32,000 nucleotides of DNA. It comes from Mycobacterium leprae TN. GTDB taxonomy: Bacteria > Actinomycetota > Actinomycetes > Mycobacteriales > Mycobacteriaceae. The stretch covers positions 1,080,001 to 1,112,000 of the forward strand of contig NC_002677.1 in NCBI RefSeq assembly GCF_000195855.1, written 5' to 3'. A program made the translations under genes and the position numbers. The first letter of the stretch is position 1, and every line of letters starts with the position of its first letter. The notes below the pieces were generated by a model, which was not told the origin of the DNA, did not search any database, and worked only from the letters and a program-made list of their open reading frames with translations. Below, piece after piece: positions 12,149 to 22,567 of the stretch.

Positions 12149-12220
12149 CTGAGAAGTGTGCCGGACTCCACGGTCGACACACTAGGTGGCAATTCTAACT
12201 TGTGGGCTGGAGGATCACCA

Positions 12221-12613
12221 ATGCTGATCATTGCACTGGTGTTGGCCCTCATTGGTCTCGTTGTTCTGGTGTTTGCGGTTGCCACCAGCAATTTGCTAAT
12301 GGCCTGGGTATGTATTGGTGCAAGTGTCCTGGGCGTGCTGCTGTTAATCGTTGATGCAGTCCGGGAACACCAGTGCATCGATGCGGCCAACAACGAGGAT
12401 AAGGAAGACACAGATCAGGACGATGGGGCCGTCTATGTCGACTACTTGGACGAAGTGCCAGCGGGGACCTCAACGGAGGCCCCAGATGCGGGCAGCCAGG
12501 AAGGCGATACCAACAGCGGTGAGTTGTCCGGGTATTGGGGTAGGCTTACCATAGACACGGGTGAGCAATCGGCGGTAGCCGCCGACGACCACGATAACGA
12601 CCGCGCCACGTAG
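12221..12613 (+). CDS. Small two-TM membrane protein with acidic tail (homologue of the protein downstream of wag31 in mycobacteria, recalled as Rv2144c)
   Basis: MLIIALVLALIGLVVLVFAVATSNLLMAWVCIGASVLGVLLLIVDAVREHQ; GGAGG just upstream of ATG 12221 supports this start over 12158. Confidence 0.75.
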   Translation: MLIIALVLALIGLVVLVFAVATSNLLMAWVCIGASVLGVLLLIVDAVREHQCIDAANNEDKEDTDQDDGAVYVDYLDEVPAGTSTEAPDAGSQEGDTNSGELSGYWGRLTIDTGEQSAVAADDHDNDRAT

Positions 12614-12689
12614 GCGTTTTGGATGGAAATTAGCCGCCTCGGGCGTCGCATTGCTCAAGGCGACTAATTTCAGCGGCCCTGTGATGTGG

Positions 12690-13050
12690 CCTGTCGGTGG
12701 TGGGTGTGGTGAGGAGTTCGCGAACCTGATCGTCGAGTAGATCTGTCCAACCGCATCAAACGCGGATATCAATGGGTTGCGCACACCACATCGTAGGCTT
12801 CGTGCGATCTCACGGCCAGGCTGGCTGTTGGCCCGACCGGTATCGTGACAATTATTGATTTGGGGGGTCGAGCGGGTCTCGTGGCCCGTAAGTTACGGTA
12901 CGGGCGGCCGTCAGCATGCTGGCGCCGGTGGCTATGCCGTCATCGACGGGGGTCACGGTCCTGCCGTGTGGGTCGGCCGACGGTGCGCTTGCCCCTATAC
13001 ATCCGTTTGCATCGCATGAGTGCCACTGTCTCCTTGTCAATCACCGTGCG
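12690..13050 (-). pseudogene. Degraded phosphoribosyltransferase (Rv2143-like)
   Basis: Minus strand contains GRTVTPVDDGIATGASMLTAARTV (PRPP-binding VDDGxATGASM motif), followed in another frame by NPLISAFDAVGQIYSTIRFA, like the C-terminus of this family; frameshifted. Confidence 0.7.
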
Positions 13051-13090
13051 AGTCAGCATCGGACGGGGCATTGTTGGGGTGATTGAGGCC

Positions 13091-14016
13091 TTGGGTGGTG
13101 GTGTTGTGGTGGGCTGGTGGGGTGTGGGTGGTTGATCTGCGCTAGAAGGTTGCCGTATGTGCCGCCGACGGCCGGATCATCGATGCACTGTTCACTAACA
13201 CGATACTGCTGCACCCGGCGGCATGCCTGCTTGCTGGCTGAGGGCCGGTCAACAAGCCGCCGACACCGATACCAGCGGCAGAAATGGTGCAAGGGATAAC
13301 ATCAGGTGCGAATAGTTATACCGTGCACGGGGACGTGCCTGTTCAGGTGCGGCCACATTGACCACGCCGACACCTCAAGGCCATGACATGCACACTAAAA
13401 CGCCCCTACCCCGCGGCGCTAACAACTATCCTCACACTCACGCCTGCATCGATATCGCCTTCAGCACAGCCCAGGTGCCCAGCCCCTGGCATCATCAACA
13501 TGTAGACCAAGCAGCATCCACCACCGACATGCTTACGTGCGCCGCGCTAATCGTGTCCACTGCGGCAAAGCACACGAAGCCTCATCGAAAGCAGGCAGTC
13601 AGCCACCCACCAACAAAAACCCCGCAACACAGCAAAACACGTCAACAGGATTCCGGGCTGCCCCCCACGACTACCGAACATATCGGCCAGTCATAAAACG
13701 CAAAAACAGCCATTTCACCCACCACCTATGAAACCAACCGAACAACTCACCGCCACAGACACAAGACAGCAACCTGCAGTTCAAGGGAAGCAGCGGTGGC
13801 CAAACCAGCTGAAACCGTGTCCAGCACCATTAAGTGTATATACGGTACACTCGCTTAGCGCGTTTCACACCGAGGATTCTGTTGACCATGTCGAAGGTGC
13901 TAAATCCTATGCACTCTATCTTTCGGATTCCGCAGAGACCACCCCCAAGAAGGAAGGAGTATTCATCTAGTCGGCATGGGCGCAGGAAGCCGAATGAAAT
14001 TCGGCATCAGCAGCGC
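13091..14016 (-). repeat. RLEP dispersed repeat, copy 1 (inverted relative to copy 2)
   Basis: 926 bp; near-perfect reverse complement of 16810..17727 (position x pairs with 30826-x for most of the length). Contains exact recalled RLEP PCR primer sites spanning 129 bp at 13264..13392. Strand chosen so that copy 2 is '+'. Confidence 0.93.
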
Positions 14017-14120
14017 CGCCAACCGGTGTCCCTTCGGCGTCAGTGATCCCGGCCTGTGCTCCAGCAAAGCTGAAAGCCGTGTCGGGGTATTCGGGGCGTG
14101 AGGCCGAGTTAATCGACCGA
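14017..14120 (-). pseudogene. Possible fragment of an RDD-family membrane protein N-terminus, cut by the repeat boundary
   Basis: Minus strand reads RLSALLEHRPGSLTPKGHRLAALL, resembling the ...LGLPExGPGSLAxxGRRLAALL.. region that precedes TM1 in actinobacterial RDD proteins near glnA1. Short and weak. Confidence 0.3.
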
Positions 14121-14375
14121 TCCAATGACCGGTCTCGATTAGCCTGGTGGCCGCAGACGTCTTCTCCGGGCGGGGCCCCGACGAACCACTGCGCCTCCGC
14201 GGCAAACCAGATACGATCTTACAGTTCATGGCCCCGCAATAAAACCCGCGTGCAACCGGCCTCTGTTTGTGGGCGCATAGTCAAGTAACCTCGGCACAAT
14301 GCGGGGGTGGCTTACCGATAAATACCAGCTCCATAGCCTCAGGCCGCGGATCAGGAAAATACTAAGGAGCATTTT

Positions 14376-15812
14376 GTGACGGAAAAGACGTCCGACGACG
14401 TATTAAAACTCGCCAAGGACGAGAACATCGAATTTGTCGACGTTCAGTTCTGTGACCTGCCCGGCATAATGCAGCATTTCACTATTCCGGCTTCGGCCTT
14501 CGATAAGAGCGTGTTCGAGGACGGGCTGGCCTTTGACGGCTCGTCGATTCGCGGGTTCCAGTCGATCCACGAGTCCGACATGCTGCTGTTTCCCGACCCG
14601 GACACCGCACGCATCGATCCGTTCCGTGCGGCCAAGACGCTGAATGTCAACTTCTTCGTCCATGACCCGTTCACCCTCGAGCCATACTCCCGCGACCCGC
14701 GCAACATCGCTCGCAAGGCTGAAAACTACTTGATCAGCACTGGTATCGCTGACACCGTGTACTTCGGTGCCGAGGCCGAATTTTACATCTTCGACTCGGT
14801 GAGTTTCGACTCACGCTCGAACGGTTCGTTTTACCAAGTCGATGCCATTTCGGGGTGGTGGAACACCGGCGCGGCGACCGAGTCCGATGGCAGCCCCAAC
14901 CGTGGCTACAAGGTTCGCCACAAGGGTGGGTACTTTCCAGTGGCTCCCAACGACCAGTACGTCGACTTGCGCGACAAGATGCTTACCAACCTGACTAACG
15001 CTGGCTTCGTTTTGGAGAAGGGCCACCACGAGGTGGGCACCGGTGGGCAGGGTGAGATCAACTACCAGTTCAACACGCTGCTGCATGCGGCCGATGACAT
15101 GCAACTGTACAAATACATTGTCAAAAACACCGCGTGGCAGAACGGCAAGACAGTCACCTTCATGCCCAAGCCGCTGTTCGGTGACAACGGCTCCGGTATG
15201 CATACTCACCAATCGTTGTGGAAAGGCGGCACCCCGCTGATGTACGACGAGATCGGCTATGCCGGTTTGTCAGACACCGCACGGCATTACATCGGAGGCC
15301 TGCTGCACCATGCACCGTCGTTGCTGGCGTTCACCAACCCGACCGTAAACTCCTACAAGCGTTTGGTTCCCGGCTATGAGGCCCCGATTAAACTAGTTTA
15401 CAGCCAGCGCAACCGGTCCGCATGTGTGCGTATCCCTATCACCGGCAAAAACCCGAAGGCCAAGCGACTGGAGTTCCGCTGCCCCGATGCATCGGGCAAC
15501 CCCTACCTGGCGTTTTCCGCCATGTTGATGGCGGGCCTGGACGGCATCAAGAACAAGATCGAGCCTCAAGCCCCGGTTGACAAAGACCTCTACGAACTGC
15601 CTCCGGAGGAGGCCGCAGACATTCCGCAAGCGCCCACCCAGCTGGCTGCGGTGATCGACCGTCTCGAGGAAGACCACGACTACCTCACTGAGGGAAGCGT
15701 GTTCACACCCGACTTGATCGAGACGTGGATCAACTTCAAACGCGAGAACGAAATCGAACCGGTCAACATTCGACCGCATCCGTACGAGTTTGCGCTGTAC
15801 TACGATGTCTAA
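14376..15812 (+). CDS. glnA1: Glutamine synthetase type I (GSI-beta)
   Basis: 478 aa, GTG start; [77 protein letters not shown], adenylylation-loop DLYELPPEE. Confidence 0.98.
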   Translation: MTEKTSDDVLKLAKDENIEFVDVQFCDLPGIMQHFTIPASAFDKSVFEDGLAFDGSSIRGFQSIHESDMLLFPDPDTARIDPFRAAKTLNVNFFVHDPFTLEPYSRDPRNIARKAENYLISTGIADTVYFGAEAEFYIFDSVSFDSRSNGSFYQVDAISGWWNTGAATESDGSPNRGYKVRHKGGYFPVAPNDQYVDLRDKMLTNLTNAGFVLEKGHHEVGTGGQGEINYQFNTLLHAADDMQLYKYIVKNTAWQNGKTVTFMPKPLFGDNGSGMHTHQSLWKGGTPLMYDEIGYAGLSDTARHYIGGLLHHAPSLLAFTNPTVNSYKRLVPGYEAPIKLVYSQRNRSACVRIPITGKNPKAKRLEFRCPDASGNPYLAFSAMLMAGLDGIKNKIEPQAPVDKDLYELPPEEAADIPQAPTQLAAVIDRLEEDHDYLTEGSVFTPDLIETWINFKRENEIEPVNIRPHPYEFALYYDV

Positions 15813-15818
15813 GGGGAA

Positions 15819-15859
15819 CGCGGGAACCCGCTTGGTGATCAACCAAGCGGGTTCCCGCG
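15819..15859 (+). terminator. Strong hairpin terminator immediately after glnA1
   Basis: cgcgggaacccgcttggt-gatca-accaagcgggttcccgcg: perfect 18-bp arms (15819-15836 / 15842-15859) with a 5-nt loop, starting 7 nt after the stop codon. Confidence 0.85.
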
Positions 15860-16559
15860 ATTTAGGTTCGGGGCTAATGTCCGATTAATCTACCCACGAC
15901 ATCTTGACCTGCCGTCCCTCGGCCATCTCGACAACCTCTAGCCAAGCTCCCGGAGAGAGTCGAACACGCCGTTAGTTTCGGGCCTCGCCGTTGCTAAAAC
16001 CACCGTAAACGTCATGCGTGAAGTATGGCTCCATAGAACACCGAAGCTGATGACAGTAAGTAGCTAGCTGTCCAATGTCAGGTCCTTGCTCTTGTTGACC
16101 AATGTGGTGGCTGACTCGACATAGAACATCCGCAGCATGGTAAGAATACCGGTGATGTCGGCGTCCTCGGCGCACCAATAAGAGGTAATGCTGCCTGCGT
16201 CAGTAAGTCCCGTCAGGACGGTGAAATCATCTAGAGAAACACCTTTTCCAATTCGTAATTCCTGCAGCCGATCGGCTGCCGCGATAGCGCTATCGGTCCT
16301 TATGCGGTCACCCAGATAGCCGTTGTGGCGCGCAACACTGCGCAATGCGGTCTCGCCGAACCCGCGATACAGAATCGGTATCGGCCGGTGAGGTTGACTG
16401 TATCTCCAAACGCAGTGTCCGGTAGGACTCACTATCGACTTGCGTCCAACGCGGTTGCCACAGCGTCTGCATCAAGTCAAGGAATTCATCGTTACGTTTG
16501 CCGCGGGCAGCGAACAGCTCCCCTCATAAAGGCGAATCCCTCTTTATTATCAACCGACT

Positions 16560-16832
16560 CCGATTCCGAACTCCACTCGCCCGGACACCAGGTACCAATG
16601 GCTTCGGTGGCTGAATAAGGACTGCGCACAGCGGGAATGTAACCGGTGCTGACAAACCGCTGCCGGGTGGCGACTTAGGTGTAGAGATACGCGGTGGGGT
16701 GTTTAGGGTTTCCAAGTTGACTACGTGGTAAGGGATCCCGATGCCGTCGTCATAATCGAGGTCGTCGGCTGCCTTGGCGATCTCGATGATTTCCCGGGTG
16801 TTTAGGAACGCGCTGCTGATGCCGAATTTCAT
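16560..16832 (-). pseudogene. Decayed LLM-class flavin (F420)-dependent oxidoreductase, N-terminal part
   Basis: Minus strand: MKFGISSAFLNTREIIEIAKAADDLDYDDGIGIPYHVVNLETLNTP, then frameshifted YIPAVRSPYSATEAIGT and SGRVEFGIGVG followed by a stop. Confidence 0.75.
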
Positions 16833-17727
16833 TCGGCTTCCTGCGCCCATGCCGACTAGATGAATACTCCTTCCTTCTTGGGGGTGGTCTCTGCGGAATC
16901 CGAAAGATAGAGTGCATAGGATTTAGCACCTTCGACATGGTCAACAGAATCCTCGGTGTGAAACGCGCTAAGCGAGTGTACCGTATATACACTTAATGGT
17001 GCTGGACACGGTTTCAGCTGGTTTGGCCACCGCTGCTTCCCTTGAACTGCAGGTTGCTGTCTTGTGTCTGTGGCGGTGAGTTGTTCGGTTGGTTTCATAG
17101 GTGGTGGGTGAAATGGCTGTTTTTGCGTTTTATGACTGGCCGATATGTTCGGTAGTCGTGGGGGGCAGCCCGGAATCCTGTTGACGTGTTTTGCTGTGTT
17201 GCGGGGTTTTTGTTGGTGGGTGGCTGACTGCCTGCTTTCGATGAGGCTTCGTGTGCTTTGCCGCAGTGGACACGATTAGCGCGGCGCACGTAAGCATGTC
17301 GGTGGTGGATGCTGCTTGGTCTACATGTTGATGATGCCAGGGGCTGGGCACCTGGGCTGTGCTGAAGGCGATATCGATGCAGGCGTGAGTGTGAGGATAG
17401 TTGTTAGCGCCGCGGGGTAGGGGCGTTTTAGTGTGCATGTCATGGCCTTGAGGTGTCGGCGTGGTCAATGTGGCCGCACCTGAACAGGCACGTCCCCGTG
17501 CACGGTATAACTATTCGCACCTGATGTTATCCCTTGCACCATTTCTGCCGCTGGTATCGGTGTCGGCGGCTTGTTGACCGGCCCTCAGCCAGCAAGCAGG
17601 CATGCCGCCGGGTGCAGCAGTATCGTGTTAGTGAACAGTGCATCGATGATCCGGCCGTCGGCGGCACATACGGCAACCTTCTAGCGCAGATCAACCACCC
17701 ACACCCCACCACAACACCACCACCCAA
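16810..17727 (+). repeat. RLEP dispersed repeat, copy 2
   Basis: 918 bp; reverse complement of 13091..14016; TGCATGTCATGGCCTTGAGG ... TTCTGCCGCTGGTATCGGTG spans 17434..17562 (129 bp). Confidence 0.93.
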
Positions 17728-18124
17728 ACCAAAGTTGTTCGATCCGAGACTAATCTAGCTAATAGGAAAAAAATTTCAGTGTTCGAGTTGCTCTCAATAG
17801 CATCTTGATGCCGTCCATGATGCTGTTCCCAGCGGCCGAGCCCTAACGTGGTTGCGGTTTCGAGAATCAGTACGGGCCGAAACGATCTCCGGTGCGGATC
17901 GCCATCCTAGATGGTGACGTCGTTGTGTATTGACCGCGCCAACAACAATGCAGGCCAGTGGGATCAAGCGAATTGATACGTCCTGCAGTTTCGGTTAGCA
18001 GACCTGAGAAGATGGTGTTGTTGCGAATTCAGATCTATTTAATTGCCCGATTTTGGGTTCACATGATCTTTTGTCCCGATGTGAAGGATGGGATAATTGG
18101 CTAAGACTGGGAGAAAGACGAGTC

Positions 18125-18332
18125 ATGAGACTGCTACTTGTGCTGCTCGGCGCTACCGGCCATGATCGGTCTAGCCGTTCCCACCTATGCCGACTCAGAT
18201 TGTGGCGAATCGATCCTGAAAATAATCCAAGACTTCGAGACCCACAATCCCTAAATCACCATGGATTACGCAGCAAAGTTAGTCGCCCTTGCGACGAAAT
18301 ACTACTGCTCCCAACAATTCTCTACGGCATAG
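18125..18332 (+). pseudogene. DUF732-family small secreted protein (Rv1810-like)
   Basis: After frame correction: MRLLLVLLGA / TAMIGLAVPTYADSDCGESI / KIIQDFETHNP*ITMDYAAKLVALATKYYCSQQFSTA*: signal peptide plus the DUF732 C-terminal pattern, with frameshifts and an internal stop. Confidence 0.65.
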
Positions 18333-18559
18333 CGTGATTCCGCAACGCTGGAGGATGGGTAACTCATCGCTGGGTCAATCTTTGTTTTTGACCTAGCAGT
18401 TTAGCCGCTAGCAACGGTTCGGCCGTAATTTAACCAATTTGGCAAGTAGACCTGCCGTTCACCTGTGTTTGGTTGGTTGCCGACGGCAAGATCGTTGCGA
18501 GGGTGGTGGTGGGTGCTCATCCCCGTGATTTGGAAAGGGTGCGGTGTCATGCGACACGT

Positions 18560-19216
18560 TGGGCATCGTTGATTTCGCGCTCCGGACTGACTGTCGAGGT
18601 GGGTTGCGGCGCCTTTATCGGCTTTGAGTGGCAATTGCGGGTGCGCATGGCCGGGGACCCTGAGCACTAACGTATTGGTGGCCGCCGGTGACCAACCTTG
18701 TTGGTGCGCTATGCAGCCGCCACTGAGGATAGCAGCTCCACCAGAGGCGCGTTTTAATGTGTTGGCTGAAGTCGGTTTTTGTGGCGGAGTAGGTGTGCTG
18801 GTCGCTTCCGGGGAACTGCTATTCATTGTGATCGTCACTGTTACCATCTCTTTACTGGGTCGCCTACTTGGCCGGCTGATCGACCGCGACAACGTCATCG
18901 AAGAGGATGAAGGTCTGCGGGCCATATCAAGTACAGATGATCTGTAGTTGTAAATCTGGAAAATTATACGTTCGCCCACACCGTGCAACCCACTAGCAGT
19001 AACGACATCACCCTGCGTGGTATCCAAACCGGGAAGGCCAACGGTGACAACATCAGTTTGACGGTGCACTTGCTTGTGGACGGGGTGGTACGCCGGCAAA
19101 ATTGGAGCGATTGGTTGCGGAATTTTCGCTGCACTCCAGCTATATACGCCGTTCACCGGTACGTCGGCAATCAAGCGCAGGTAGACCGAGGCCTGGACAA
19201 GTCGGGCGTCAGCTAG
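18560..19216 (+). pseudogene. mgtC: Decayed MgtC family protein (Rv1811-like)
   Basis: Fragments in several frames: VGCGAFIGFEWQLRVRMAG, GELLFIVIVTVTISLLGRLLGRLIDRDNVIEEDEGLRA, TSSNDITLRGIQTGKANGDNISLTVHLLVDGVVRRQNWSDWL..IYAVHRYVGN. Confidence 0.8.
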
Positions 19217-19261
19217 GGGGTGGTCTTGCAGGTTCGGTGCGGTCGTTGCTAGCAAGGCGGA

Positions 19262-20090
19262 GTGATGGCCGGTCGGTGGTGGATAGGTCCTACGGGTATT
19301 GAGATGGTGCGCTTGTTAGACTTGGCCTGCTTGCCATCGGTGACCACCACCCGGTCTCACTCTGCGAGTTACGCCTCGTCAGCCGACTCCCGTCCTGGTC
19401 GCAGTGCCGTTACTCGTCAAGGTTTGCTCGATCACCAGCTGTGCCAACGCGCCCATCGGAGCCAACCAAGCGATTGTGATAAATCAGCACCACTCGCGTT
19501 GCAATACCTTCCAGGGCAAACAGCGTCCGAATCCTGCTTGTCAGTTCGCAGGCTGCTTCCATCCCGGTTAGCCCAGCACCGATCACGATAACCGTGGCTG
19601 GGGCTGGGGCTAGCTGCAGCATCTTGGTAGCGTTCTGGGTTAGGGTGTGCAAGTGGTACTCCAATTCGAGGGCGTCGTCGTAGTTGTCGACGTCAAAACT
19701 GCACTCGCGCAGACCACTGAATGGTGGGTTTGAGCAACTGGTTGTCCGCGGCCAGCACGAGTCGGCTGTGGCTATAGGTCTTACGCTTGACGTGATGACT
19801 GTGTTGGCATTGGTGTCGATCTTGATGACTTCTGCGGTGACATGCCAAACTCCGGCCGGGCTGATGTACATCAGCTAGCGTAATGCGGCAGCCGCTCAAA
19901 TCGGCCTTGTAGTTGCGAACCTAAGTATCATGAAAAGGCTTGGTAATCAACACTGTGATGTCGACTGTGCCCGCTGAAACTCAGCGCTCGTCGAGTCGCC
20001 GGGCGGCATCGAGCGCCGTCTACAGCCTCGCGAACCTGGAGCCGATACCAACCACATCGGTAGCTGGCTCGACATCCCCCAACCTTTCTG
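19262..20090 (-). pseudogene. Decayed FAD/NAD(P)-dependent dehydrogenase (Rv1812c-like, NDH-type)
   Basis: Minus strand fragments: VVGIGSRFARL*TALDAARRLDE, TKPFHDT*VRNYKADLSGCRITLADV, FDVDNYDDALELEYHL, PATVIVIGAGLTGMEAACELTSRIRTLFA, VVLIYHN.VGSD, IEQTLTSNGTATRTGVG. Confidence 0.8.
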
Positions 20091-20313
20091 CTATTGCCTG
20101 CCGCTTCCAGCATCAATCCCACCGCGACATCCAGTAATGCAGCCCTGTGGTTTGTCGGCCTCCATTGATCAGACGTACAATGCAACCGACAAAGGTGCAT
20201 GTGCCGGCCAAGCCGATATCCTAATCACTAGGGCCTTACTTGTTGTGGGGTGAGGTCGTAGTCTGTTTGATGTGGGGGTGTTGGCTGATTTCTGGTCCGG
20301 TTTGCCTCAGCAG

Positions 20314-21244
20314 ATGCGGGATCCGGTGCTGTTTGCCATTTCGTTTTTTATTGCTTTTACTTCTTGAGTGGACAGCGGCCCATAAGCTGGAATGGGTCGA
20401 AGCTGCCGTTCCTGAAAAGTTCTACACGCCGTGATCACCTGCCGGTGCGTATAACACCTCGATTCGGTGGCAAGTATCTCGATGGGGTTGGTCTCGATCG
20501 CCACTACCGCTGGCTGGAAAGCCCTGGCCTTGCTCGGTTATGCGGCGATGCATGCGTACCTGGCGCCTTGGTGTCTTCCGGTATCCCAATGGCACACTTG
20601 AGTTATCGCCGATCCTCGGCATCGACCTGCTATACTACGCATACTAGCGCATCGCCTGTCGGGTTCTGCTGATCTGGGCGACGCATCAAGCCCACTACTC
20701 GAGCGAATACTTCAACTTCGCCACCGCATTGCGTCAGAAGTGGAACAACAGCGGCGAGGTCTTGGTGTGGATTCCGTTGCCGCTGTTGGAGCTTCCCCTT
20801 GGGGGGAATTCAGCTGGTAACTTGAACTTGATCAACCAGTTGTGGGTACATGCCGAGTGGATCGACAGACTACCGCGGGTCTTTCAATTCATCTTCAACG
20901 CACCGTCGCACCATCGGGTACACCATGGGATGGACAGGATTTACCTCGACAAGAACTGCGGTAGCATTTTTATCATCTGGGACCGGCTGTTCGGTAGTTT
21001 TCAACCGAGACGGTTCCACCCGCAATACGGCCTAGTCAAACAAGTCGACACATTCAACGTGTGGACCTTGCAGCCCTGCGAGTACGTGGCGATTGCCAGT
21101 GACTGGCGATCGGCGATGCGCTTGCGAGATCGGTTGGGCTGCGTCTTAGGGCCGCCAGGATGGGCGCCGTGCAGTGCTGCGCAGGCCGAACTCCGCCCCG
21201 CTGGCTATGTCTCCGTTAGCGTTACTTCCAGTCAGAGGTGGTGA
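20314..21244 (+). pseudogene. erg3: Decayed sterol desaturase / fatty acid hydroxylase family protein (erg3, Rv1814-like)
   Basis: MRDPVLFAI.., LLLLLLEWTAAHKLE, SVAS..MGLVSIATTAGWKALALLGYAAMHAYLAPW, ATHQAHYSSEYFNFATALRQKWNNSGEVLVWIPLPLL, histidine box PSHHRVHHGMDRIYLDKNCGSIFIIWDRLFGSFQP; several frameshifts. Confidence 0.88.
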
Positions 21245-21269
21245 CTAAACAGGGTGGCCGATGTGAAAC

Positions 21270-22070
21270 GCGCTTTTTAAGGAAAGATTGCGATGTAACT
21301 TGCAACTTGCGGTCGGCAGTCGCGTCGGCCCCGACGGATCTGGAATCCATGGTGTGCCGCCTGATTATGCGCGCATGCGTTGCGCCGGGTGCCGTCATGG
21401 CATTCTTGCCCAATCCGTCACCGGCATTGGCCAACGCAGACCCCACGTTGATTTCTCGGGCATGGGAATCCGACAGGACAAACGCATTTGCACCTTGGGT
21501 TATGTCGATCCGAATCTAAAAAATCGCATTCACTTCCGGGCACTGCCGTTGTGGGGAGCGGTCGCCGACCGGGACACGATGTCATCGGCCATCTTGCGAC
21601 ATTCCGGGACAACAAGCCCAGTAGCACGACAGTGGCCACTGATTAGTTAATCGTTGACTAAGAGGCGATTGTGCTTGTCGATCACGTGACAGTAAGCAAT
21701 ATTTTGTCCGGCAGGCGTCGACTGGAATAAAACCCAACCGTGGTGGTTCAGCCTGGACAAGCGATATGCCCTTTGGTGCTATCACTTGTTAGACTGGTGG
21801 AACTGTGGCGAGCGCCAACAACGGGTGGGTTCACCCTGTCCCACAGCATCCAGAGCCAGAAAGCCGATTCGAAGGGTATACCTGGCCCCCACTGAGGCCA
21901 CGGGCGAATCGTCGGGATTTTTAGCAGTGTCTGGGGATTTGCCCGCGGCGGTGTCGTGACGGTCCACCTCCAGAATAGGTCCGTCAGGATCTTGGAATGA
22001 TCTCCAATCCCCGTTGGTGTTTACCGGCGGGAAGGGTGGGTGTGCACACATCGGAATCAAGGGTCCGGCA
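21270..22070 (+). pseudogene. Decayed secreted trypsin-fold-like protein (Rv1815-like)
   Basis: Fragments FSGMGIRQDKRICTLGYVDPNLK, IAFTSGHCR, VADRDT, NNGWV in shifting frames; consistent with position between erg3 and TetR pseudogenes. Confidence 0.65.
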
Positions 22071-22567
22071 GCATTCAGCTGCTAGTCAGTTGATTCCGGT
22101 TTGAATCTTGTGAAATACCCTTTGACCTGTCAATACTACCTAGCCGGATAGCGCTTCAACAATCCAAGTTTGGTGGCATTGGGTACCTCACTGATCCCGG
22201 TGTCAGTACGAAGCGATCTTGATGATGCCGGCTGCCCCGACATTGCCCACCCACTAGGCGTTACCGCCCGGAGAGGCGACATAGCCGACGCCGTCAGCGC
22301 TCGGCAGGTTGATCACCACGGTAGGTTGTTTACCTGTATGGCGGCCACACGGCCCACAGTGCTCGGGTCCCGGTGATGCTGATTCCCAGTTCGTCCAGCT
22401 AAACGGATTACCGTGTTAGCGGCCCGCGTGGTGCGGTTCTGCTCTGTATGTCGCGTGGACATTGTGCATACTTATCGATCGGGTTATTATAATGTGAGAG
22501 GAGTGTTTTCGATATTGGTTACGCTGCCACAGCATTGACGGAAATGCATTCAGAGTGGTGATCTCGG

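Noticed and set aside
13358-13696. 112-aa ORF (MTTPTPQGHDMHTKTPLPRG...) present identically in both repeat copies (17130..17468 on minus)
   Set aside because: Identity is explained by the RLEP duplication; composition is His/Thr/Pro-rich, typical of a spurious ORF in repeat DNA, with no family similarity.
16064-16432. 123-aa minus-strand ORF downstream of glnA1
   Set aside because: I could not tie it to any family, including GlnE, the expected glnA1 neighbour in M. tuberculosis; probably decayed DNA, so not reported as a gene.
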